DNA from: Octopus vulgaris | Lineage: Eukaryota | Direction: 5' to 3' | DNA: 64,000 bases | Assembly: GCA_951406725.2 (NCBI GenBank) | Contig: OX597834.1 | Location: 20,336,001-20,400,000 of the forward strand | In this document: positions 53,443 through 64,000 of the stretch, one piece after another | Numbering within the stretch: the stretch's first letter is position 1 | Layout of the letters: every line of letters begins with the position of its first letter | The notes under the pieces: model-generated | The model's database searches: none | What the model was told of the DNA's origin: nothing | The model's input: the letters and a program-made list of their open reading frames with translations, nothing else | Translations under genes and position numbers: made by a program

Positions 53443-55136
53443 TATACACATAGATAGATAACTGGATAGATAGGTGGCTAGATGCACATATATATGTATA
53501 CATATGTGTGTGTACATACATACATACACACATAGAGATATAGACACATACAATTTGGAGAAATATACAGTTAAGGCTGCAATAATTACATTTATATAAA
53601 ATGTGTTGATTCAAAATTATTGATTAAAATGATAATGAACAAAAAAAAACAAAAAATACTAATAACAATAATAATGTAAATGATAATAGAATTAAACCAT
53701 TCCAACACTCAGTTTGTTCAGTGGTTTTCATAGCAACAGTTGTCTATTTATTTGCATATTGATTTTTATTCTTGGAGACACAATGCTAACTTTATTGCAG
53801 AAGCACCATATTTGTTAGAAATGATCTTCAAATATTCCTGGTACCAAATTTCTTTAACTTTTGTGTGGAACAAAATTAAATCCTCCAGCCTGCATTCTAT
53901 AGATTGTCGACATTGCAAGAGCAATAGAATTATTTTGATTCTGATCCTAAGCTGGAGAAAAGTCCCTGCAGGTTTGATATTTAGAGCAAGATTAAATAAA
54001 TATATCCAGGGTCTTCTGCACAGTTTCCAACAAACAAATTTCGCTTATATTGGTATTAGATAATTCATGGCTGTAATAGAAGGTATACTGGCACTCTGGC
54101 TATTGCAACAAAGGGGGTTCCTATTGATCTGATCAATGGAACAGTCTGCTCGGGGAATTAGCATACAAGTGGTTGAGCACACCACAGACACATGAACCCT
54201 TAACATAGTTTTTGAGGAGATCCACCATGACACACTGGAGGTGACAAGGCTGGCCCCCTTTGAAATACAAGTGCTACTCTGTTTTGCTGATCGAGTGGAC
54301 GAGAGAAATAAGAAATAATGTCTTCTATAAATGAGCATCGTGATCATCAAAGAAACAAGGTTGTTCATTGCCAATCTTCCATGGGGGAAAATATTATGTT
54401 GCTTATTAAAAATATGAGGGTTAGTGACAGGAAGAGCATCTGGTCATAGAAAATCTGCCTCAGTGAATTCTGTCTGATGCATACAAAGCATGGAAAAGTG
54501 GACATTAACTCATGATGATATAAATTTTTTTTATTTATTTTTTTTTTTTTTATCAGCTCTCTGTCAACTTTTTTAGCAAAATATTTTCTGAAAAATAACC
54601 AAAAATAAAATGCTAGTATTCTTCATTCCAAATTTACAATTCTTAATGACAGCTCCTTGCTAATTTATAATGAATACAAGAATAATCAATATAGAAATAG
54701 GAATTTTCTCCATTTTCCGATGAAGAAATTCAAATGAGATTTGTAAAATTTTTGGGTTTTTTTTTTGTTTTATTTTTTTTTAATTTTTGGTTTTTAGTGG
54801 AAATCAGTAACATGTTTGTCATTTGTGTAAAAATATAACATTTTCATTTTTGCAGTTTTTTTGCTTATTTTCTTTACTTTCTGGGGGTTTTAATGCGGTT
54901 TCTTAATTCCACCCGGACACCCACCCTCACACTATCCCCACACCCCTTTTAATACCACCACCACCATCCGCATTCCATTAATAGACTTCCTTCTCCACTT
55001 GCTTCCTTCCCACCTGAAAAATATTTATATTTAATAATCTAAAATATTTACTTATTTTGACTTGTTTTAAATGAATTATAAATTAAATATCAGTTGCTAT
55101 ATAAACTAATGAACAAACCATTTCATTATTTACATT

Positions 55137-55178
<42 letters not shown>

Positions 55179-55340
55179 CAAAATGAGAAAATAGAGAAAC
55201 ATACCTAAATCAATCATCAACCATCAGATAATACCCAATCAATACTTTATTAAACCATTACACAACAGCAATGATATTATACATAATATATTACAAATAT
55301 AACAAGACATAGAAATAGAAAATACATTTACATTGTAGCT

Positions 55341-55437
<97 letters not shown>

Positions 55438-55680
55438 AGGAGGCGCAATGGTCCAGTGGTTAGGGCAGCGGACACGCGGTCATAGGATCGCAGTTTCAAT
55501 TCCCAGACCGGGCATTGTAAGTGTTTATTGAGCAAAAACACCTAAAGCTCCACGAGGCTCTGGCAGGGGGTGGTGGTGAACCCTGCTGAACTCTTTCACC
55601 ACAACTTTCTCTCACTCTTCCTGTTTCTGATGTATCTATATTTCAAACGGCCAGCCTTGTCACACTCTGTGTCACACTGA
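55438..55680 (+). mobile_element. tRNA-derived SINE family D
   Basis: GGAGGCGCAATGGTCCAGTGG (A box), GTTTCAATTCCC (B-box-like); matches 58862-59040. Confidence 0.82.
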
Positions 55681-56155
55681 AGGTCTTGCACTATTCATCT
55701 TGCTATGAGATCACCATGTCATGCACATATGGTTGTGATGCATGTGCCTGGTGTACCCTTATCAAATGGGTAGTCATGATGGGTATACTGGGCTTCGTAC
55801 ATTTTACCCCAGTGTTATTTTGATGGCATGCACTGCCCTCTCACTCAATAATAACGGTAATAATAATAATAGTAATGATGATGATGGTGGTGGTTTCAGA
55901 TTTTAGCACAGGGCCAGTAATTTCAGAGGGAGGGCCTAAGTTGATTACATCGACCCCAGTGCTTAACTGGTACTCATTTCATCAACTCTGAAAGGATGAA
56001 AAGCAATGTCGAACTCAGCTGAATTTGAACTCAGAAGGAAAAGACTGACAAAATTCCACTAAGCATATTGTCTGGTGTGCTAATGATTTTGCCAGCTTGT
56101 CAGCTTAGCAATAATAATAATAATAATAATGCTACTGCTGCTGCTGCTGCTGCTG

Positions 56156-56226
<71 letters not shown>

Positions 56227-56229
56227 TTA

Positions 56230-56458
56230 TTTCTTTATTGCCCACAGGGGGTAAAAATAGAAGAGACAAACAAGGACAGACAAAGGGATTAAGTCGATTA
56301 CATGGACTCCAGTGCATAACTGGTACTTATTTAATCAACCCCGAAAGAATAAATGGCAGAGTCGACCTCAACGGAATTTGAACTCAGAACATAATGGCAG
56401 ACAAAATACCGCTAAGCATTTTGTCCCACGTGCTGATGATTCTGCCAGCTCGCTGCCC
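56230..56458 (-). mobile_element. SINE family A antisense copy
   Basis: Reverse complement of family A, between (AAT)n tracts. Confidence 0.85.
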
Positions 56459-56480
56459 TAATAATAGTAATGATAATAAT

Positions 56481-57040
56481 ATGCCCTGATGCAGTACCAG
56501 GCAGTGGCTCTCATGGCTTCTGATCTTAACTGACTGGAAGTGTTATCATGTACATTGTTTTGTCTTGATATAAAAGATGGTATACAGCAAATATTCTGCT
56601 CAATACCACAGATTTGCTTGTCAGTTGTTTGACCTTAACCAGTTGAGCATGTCCCTTAGTGGCTGACGATATGTGCATCTCTGATCACGAGCAGAAGTAG
56701 TGGGGGAGCATCATAGCCATGTGTTGAGAGGGATTCTTTGGGGTTTGAATAATTCACCTCTGGAAACATGGGTGGTTCTTTCAACATCCTTAAACAACCC
56801 TTATTCAGGGACCTTTTGAGTTGGATGGGTTACTCAACCTGAAGAAAATTCTAACTGGGCCCCACCTGCAAGATCATGCACTGTTTATCTTGATATAAGA
56901 TCATCATGTTGCGCACATATGGTTGTGATGCATGTGCCTGGTGTATTCCCTTATCAGACGGGTAGTCATGATGGGTATATTGGGCTTCGTATATTTTACC
57001 CCAGTGTCACTTTGATGGCATGAACTGCTCTCTCACTCAA
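56481..57040 (+). mobile_element. unclassified interspersed repeat ending in (TAA)n, probably the 3' end of a microsatellite-targeting non-LTR element
   Basis: Flanked by AAT/TAA repeats; its 3' part recurs at ~55690-55850 and its middle at 29918-30182 (-). Confidence 0.65.
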
Positions 57041-58171
57041 TAATAATAATAATAATAATAATAACATCCTTACTGTTCGATTATTGATAGACTGCTTTAC
57101 TGAAGCAAAAATATAGATTACTAAGAAAATTTATACACATCAGGGTGTGTGTGTATGTAAGGAGGCAGTATGTGTGTATGTATCTATATGTAGGGAAATG
57201 ACGTGTGTGCATTGCGCATGCACACACACACATATATACTCTTGCAAACTACAAAGTCTTTGTTGATATTGCTTTCAGCTGTTTGATATCTGATAAACAA
57301 TCAGATTGTCTACCCCAATAAATATTTGTAGATATCGCCTATACATACTTACATACAGAAAGACACACATACACATCTTATATATCTCTCTATATGGACA
57401 CAAACACACATATAAATATATATAGATGTGTGTGTATGTGTGTGTACTTATATATTTCTATGTCTATATACACACCCACATTCATGGACATATATATATA
57501 CACATACAGTTACAAGTTTATATTTGATTGCTTGAACTCATCTCATCACAGTATGTTAATCAGTTTTATATTGAATACTGAATATCTAAGAACACTGACC
57601 TGTCCCCCAAATAATACAGAATAAAAATTCGATAAAAGGAAGGATATAATCCTTTGAGAGTTTCTGAGAATCACAATGCATTTTCTGGCTCAATTTTTAA
57701 GAGAATATTTTTCATTTGTCGCACGTTTGTTAATTATCTAATTAGTGCTGTTTTGTGGTGATTAGTTGTATCCCTTTGGATTCTAAGGTGTGATTAGGTA
57801 TAGGCATGGCTGTGTGGTTAAGAAATTTGCTTCCCGAGCATGTGATTTTGGGTTCAGTTCCACTACATGGCACCTTGGATGTGTGTCTTTCAATATAGAT
57901 CTGGGCCAACAAAAGCACTATGAGCGAAAATTTGCCTGCCAGAAACTGAAAAAAGTATGTGTGCGTGTGCGTTATCATCACCCTACATATTCTTTTACTT
58001 GTTTCAATCATTTTTACTGTGGTCATGCTGGAGCACCACCTCTAGTCAAACAAATCAACACCAGGTCTTACTTCTTTGTAAGCCTAGTACTTATTCTATC
58101 AGTCTTTTTTGCCTAACCACTAAGTTGCGGGAACCTAAACACACCAACATCTGTTCATCAAGCAATGGAGG

Positions 58172-58485
58172 GGTGGACATAAAAAGCACCATCCAATCGT
58201 GGCCGTTGCCAGCCTCGCCTGGCCTCCGTGCCAGTGGCACATAAAAAGCACCATCTGACCATGGCCATTTGCCAGCCTCATCTGGCACCTGTGCTGGTGG
58301 CAGGTAAAAAGCACCCACTGCACTCACGGAGTGGTTGGCGTTAGGAAGGGCATCCAGCTGTAGAAACATTGCCAGATCAGACTAGGCCTGGTGCAGCCTT
58401 CTGGCTTCCCAGACCCCAGTTGCACCGTCTAACCCATGCCAGCATGGAAAGCGGACGCTAAACGATGATGATGATGATGATGATG
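58172..58485 (+). mobile_element. SINE family C copy with two 5' tandem units
   Basis: Matches 9597-9965. Confidence 0.85.
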
Positions 58486-58861
58486 ATATACAACAGGCTT
58501 CTTTCAGTTTCTCTCTACCAAATCCACTCACAAGGCTTTGGTTGGGCTGAGGCTATAGTAGAAGAAACTTGCCATGCAGTGGGACTGAACCCCGAACCAT
58601 GTGGTTGGGAAGTAACCACATATTTGTGTGCATGTGTATGTCTCTTAGTGGTTTTGGTATTTGGCTTACAATTGTAAGAATCATCATTTCAATTTCCAGT
58701 GGTGTAGTGTGTCATTGAGCAAGACTCTTTATTACATATTGCTCCAGTTTACTCAGCTGTCAGAAATGTTTTGTACCTGTAATTCAAAGGGGCCAGCCTT
58801 GTCACATTCTGTGTCACACTGAATCTCATTGACAATTACACTAGGGATACACATGTCTGTG

Positions 58862-59178
58862 TGGAGGCACAATGGCCCAGTGGTTAGGGCAGCGCACTCG
58901 CGGTCGGAAGATCGCGGTTTCAATTCCCAGACTGGGTGTTGTGTGTGCTTATTGAGTGAAAACACCTAAAGCACCACAAGGCTCCGGCAGGGGGTGGTGG
59001 CAACCCCTGTTGTACTCTTTCGCCCCAACTTTCTCTCAATCTGTCTTCCTGATTCTTGAGTAACGCTGCGATGGACTGGCAACCCGTCCAGCTGAGAGGA
59101 ACACATACACCACAGAAACTGGGAAACCGGGCCCATGAGCCTGGCTAGGCTTGAAAAGGGCGTATAAATAAATAAATA
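58862..59178 (+). mobile_element. full-length SINE family D (V-domain-like) with 13-bp TSD, nested in an older SINE
   Basis: TSD ACACATGTCTGTG at 58849-58861 and 59179-59191; tRNA head; CTGCGATGGACTGGCAACCCGTCCAG resembles the V-SINE domain; (TAAA)n tail. Confidence 0.88.
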
Positions 59179-59508
59179 ACACATGTCTGTGCAGTGCTCA
59201 GCCACTTGCACATTAATTTCATGAGCAGGCTGTTCAGTTGATTGGATCAACTGCAACCCTTGTTGCCTTATCTTAACTGAGGAAGTGCCAGTAAACAAGT
59301 TCCACTGTCATACAAGCAGTGTCGTTCATTTTGGATATTACTTTGCTTGGAAACAGGAAAGGACTGGTGATAGGAAGAGCATCCTCTTGTAGAAAATACA
59401 CCTCCATGTATTCTGTCCACCCCATACAAGCATGGACAAGTCGACATTAAAATGATGTTGATCATGATGATGCATGCGTGTATGTATGTATGTATGTTTT
59501 ATTTACAC

Positions 59509-59549
<41 letters not shown>

Positions 59550-59932
59550 GGTATATATATATATATAGATAGATAGATAGATAGATATGTATATATAGGT
59601 ATATATATATATAGAGAGAGAGAGAGAGACATATAGGTATATATATGTATATATATATGTAGGTATGTATATATATATATATATATGCATATAGGTGTAT
59701 ATATGTATACATGTATATATATATATGTATCTATGTATATATCTATATGTGTAAATATGTATTTATATATATATGTGTGTATGTATGCATTTATGTGTAT
59801 GTATATATGTATATGTATGTATATATGAATACATATATGTATGCATATAATACATATATATATATATATATATGCATATATGTATATGTGTGTATATATA
59901 CATATATATGTGTGTGTGTGTGTATGCATGTG

Positions 59933-59985
<53 letters not shown>

Positions 59986-60726
59986 AACGTACATAAGTGC
60001 GTGTTTAAAAGTTCTTATTAGTTAATTAAGAAGTTAATACGTGATCAGTATTTATGCGTTCGGTTTCTATATTTTTGTGTGTATATATATATACATGTGT
60101 GTGTGTGCGTGCGTGCATGCATGCATTGTGAGGGAAAGTATAAAATGATATTTGCAATTATGCCTAATTTGCCAAAGCTAACCAACAGATGTGTCATTAA
60201 GTACAAAACCTATGAAAGATATAAGGAAAAAGAAAATTTACCATGATTGAGGTGTTAGATAGTAATTAAGAATTTTAAAAAATTAAGTAGAAATGGTGAT
60301 TAGCAAATTGAGATTTACTTATACGAGCTAAGTTTCTATATTGGATGTGAAAAATATTTTTTCAAAACTAACGAAGAGCTGAATATTATTATAAAATGTA
60401 TGGTGTGTGATTAAGTGGATACATAAATCAGAGAAACTAATGAATACAGCACTCATGTCTATATTAATTATGGTTAAATGGGTGCATGATGAGAGATGAG
60501 TGATGGATAGTGAATGATGGGTGGTGAATAATGAATAATGTGATGGCTCACATAGTGTTTAAAACATTGCGAATGAAGTGAGACAAGCAAATGAATAGAC
60601 AGACACATATATATATAAATATATACACACACACACATATATATATATATATACACACATATATATATTTATATATATATACATACATATATATATACAT
60701 ACATACATACATATATATATACATAC

Positions 60727-60778
<52 letters not shown>

Positions 60779-61005
60779 GCATATATATATATACATATAT
60801 AAATGCATATAAATTAAATGTAAAATTAAATTTACAATTTAGACTTTGTGAGTTCGTTATATCCCTAGTATTATGCAAACAAAGCATATTCACTGCCTAT
60901 GGCTACCTGGTGTCATCCACTGTAATTGCACAGTTGTTGCTGGATCTATGTTAGGAATTCCTCAGTGAACACTGAGTATGGTATCTTCCATATCCATTGT
61001 TTCTA

Positions 61006-61045
<40 letters not shown>

Positions 61046-61339
61046 TTGTATGTATGTATGTCTATCTATTGAACAGTGAGAATGAGTGCTCAACACCACA
61101 TTGGTGGATAAATACTCTTTATTTGTGGGTTAACAAGGCTACCACTGGTTTCATGCAAGTCAATTCTCAGCAATTATCAAGCCAACCACATAGGATTTTG
61201 GTACTTGTCACTATCTTGGATGAGAAATCATTCTCACTGCTTGATATTAGCATATGTGTGTGTGTGTGTTTGTGTGAGTGTGTGTGTGTATATATCATTG
61301 TTATTGTTTTATGGTTGCCAGTGCTGCTGAACTGGCTCC

Positions 61340-61592
61340 AGTACAGGTGGCATGTAAAAAACACCTTTTGAGCGTGGCCATTGCCAGTACTGCCTGACTG
61401 GCCCTCGTGCCGGTGGCATGTAAAAGCACCCACTACACTCTCAGACTGGTTGGCGTTAGGAAGGGCATCCTGCTGTAGAAACTCTGCCAGATCAGATTGG
61501 AGCCTGGTGCAGCCATCTGGCTCACCAGTCCCCAGTCAAATCATGCAACCCATGCCAGCATGGAAAGCAGACGTTAAACAATGATGATGATG
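61340..61592 (+). mobile_element. SINE family C copy
   Basis: Family C domain with (GAT)n tail. Confidence 0.85.
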
Positions 61593-61639
61593 TTTGCTTT
61601 CCATGCAGGCATGGGTCAGTCAGGTTCTCACAGGTGGAG

Positions 61640-62085
61640 TCAGTATGCTCACCTCAACAGGCTAAATGATCTCATCTCACTTATGTTTCCTTTCAATCTT
61701 GATTTGTACAATTCGCTGAATATCATACATGCTAAAGGATATTTCCATATTACAGACTCCTCATCTTGGATGCTACCTGCTGTGACATCTTTCCCTGCAG
61801 CAATCTAGGGTGTTCTGCTTCCAGCCCAGCCTTCTGTGTTCATCAGGCCAAGAAGGACAAATTGTCAAAATATCGATCATTCTGACAGATTTGTGGTCAA
61901 GCCTGTGACAGTGGAAACCTCCGGTGTTCCTGGTCCCAGGACTATATTCCTGCTCACTTCTACCTGGAGCAGAGATAGCTGTCAACAAGTGTGAGCTCTG
62001 TGAGTCTGAATGGCTGTTCTCACACATTTCCTTTGCCATTCTCTGGGGCAATGCCGCCTTTACCATGAGTCTTACGTCTCTTAAA
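61640..62085 (+). mobile_element. decayed CRE-clade non-LTR retrotransposon fragment (RLE C-terminus)
   Basis: Frameshifted peptides HLNRLNDLI, LILDATCCDIF (WDATC.DT-like), KLSKY, PVTVETSGV.GP and ESEWLFSHISFAILWGNAA (LFQRIS.AI.RGNAA-like), in the order expected for CRE elements. Confidence 0.72.
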
Positions 62086-63457
62086 TATAATGTCCTTCAG
62101 CAGAGCAGATACCCAACAATTTATAGAAATAATGGAATATAATATAAAATTAAAGAAAAATGAGGCAAAAATCCAATAAGTTAATGCTTAGAGTAATGTA
62201 ATAAATAAAGGGAAGAAGGATAAGTTATAAAGAAAACCAAGGAATGAGAGAGTAGGGTGAAGGGAGAGGGGAGAAATCGAGAGAGACAGGGAAGGAAGAA
62301 AGGGGAAATGGAGAGGAAGGAAGAGGGGAGAGGAGGAAAGAAGGGAAACTGAGAGAAAGAGATTGTGATGTCTAAATAATATCATCTACCATGTTGTGAA
62401 GGGGAGATAAAACATGATACACTACAGCCCTGATGGTGGTGGTGGTGCTGGTGCTGGTGATGTTCTCACTGGTTTATGGTGCTAGTGGCAATGATGATGA
62501 TAATGATGATGATGATGGAGGTGGTGATTGGGATAGAGGTGGGGATGTTACCATCGATACCGATGATGATGATGGTGATAGAGCTTGCTGCTGTTGTGAT
62601 GGTAGATGTGGTGGCAATACTGTTGATGGTGATTTGCTATAATACATGAAAAGGAGGAAGAGGAAGGGGAGGGAGAGGAAGGGAGGAGGAGGAGAGAGAT
62701 AGTTATTGCTGTTGTTGCTAATGATGGCCATGGTAAGGGATAATAATGGTGATGGTCATGATGATGGTAGTGGTAGGTATGGCGATAGCAAGTGGTGATT
62801 ATGACGACGATGATGATGATGGTGGCCTGGTGGCAGTGAGTGGTGGTGCTGGTGCCACGTGAGGATGTAACGATGGCACTAGTTTTGGTTGTGGTAAATG
62901 TGGTCATAGTCGTCGTCACCATCATCATCATCACTGTTAGCAGTATTGGTAGTAGTGGTGGTGGTGGGGGTTTTGCTTTTAGTGATAGTAATGGAAGTAA
63001 TGGCTAGTGATACTGCTAATGGTGGTGGTGGTGGTGGTGGTGGTGGTGGTGGTAGTTGTACTACATGCATTATTGGTAGTCATGTTGGCAGTGATGGTGG
63101 GGGGAGCACCGAAAAAAAATCTCTTCGTCTGTTATTAATGCAATAAAATATGTCTTATGCTTGACCAAAACATCAATGGAATCATTATATATATTCATGT
63201 GTGTATAAATACATATACATACTTATATGAGTGTGTGTGATGTGATTGTTCATGTGTATAAACACACACACACATGCATATGTATTATGCATATATATGT
63301 GAGTACCTATATACACACACATATATATACACATATATACATACATATATATGTACATATATACATATACATATATATATATACACACACACACATATAT
63401 ACACACATATATATAAATACATATATATACATATTCATACATATATATAGATATGTA

Positions 63458-63498
<41 letters not shown>

Positions 63499-63687
63499 AA
63501 TGAAATACGAAAATGAAAAATGAAAATGCAAGATATATATATGAATGAGAAAATGAAGACGGAATATAAATATATATATATGTACCTATGTGTATGTATA
63601 TATGTATATATGTGTGTATATATATATATATACGTATGTGTATGTATGTATATATATAAATTTATAGATGTGTATATATATATATAT

Positions 63688-63740
<53 letters not shown>

Positions 63741-64000
63741 TATATATATGTACAAATATATGTGTATACGTGAACATATATTTTATATCTGTGTTTGTGT
63801 GTGTGAAGGTCTATATATATGCATACACACATATACCCTTGCACACACCACACGGAGTGAGTGAGAGAGAGAGAGCAAAAGAGAAAGTGCATGTGTTTCT
63901 GTGTTCTGTGTTTGTTGATGTCTGTAATGAAATATGGGTCAGACAAGACAAAATGCAATCCAACAGAACGTTTCCAGCCGGACCAAAGATAGATTTTATT

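Noticed and set aside
53740-54063. 107-aa ORF in unique sequence
   Set aside because: Non-ATG start, no recognisable domain, and no convincing splice-site pair.

Overview
AT-rich, repeat-saturated eukaryotic intronic/intergenic DNA. The SINE families and the (TA)n/(CA)n/(TACA)n/(AAT)n load look like an octopus (coleoid cephalopod) genome; this is an inference from repeat recognition, not a database hit. No host protein-coding gene can be called with confidence, and almost every ORF in the track is translated microsatellite or SINE. Supportable content: dozens of tRNA-derived SINE copies from about five families; decayed non-LTR retrotransposon fragments (R4/Dong, CRE-like, Tx1/L1-like); an internally deleted DD41D Tc1/mariner element; Tc1/mariner- and TTAA-type MITEs; and several minisatellites. 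The most interesting signal is a set of short non-coding elements from three unrelated sequence families. Each carries a minimal type I hammerhead-ribozyme motif (CUGANGA-A-stem II-GAAAC-NUH, with a pairing stem I and loopless stem III), as in Penelope-like elements. One of them (4696-5034) is a tRNA-headed SINE with a hammerhead-bearing tail and a 57-bp inverted copy of that tail, i.e. a candidate ribozyme-bearing SINE mobilised by Penelope-like elements. A few weak minus-strand exon candidates are listed only as leads. Repeat boundaries are approximate (about +/-10 bp) unless TSDs or TIRs define them.
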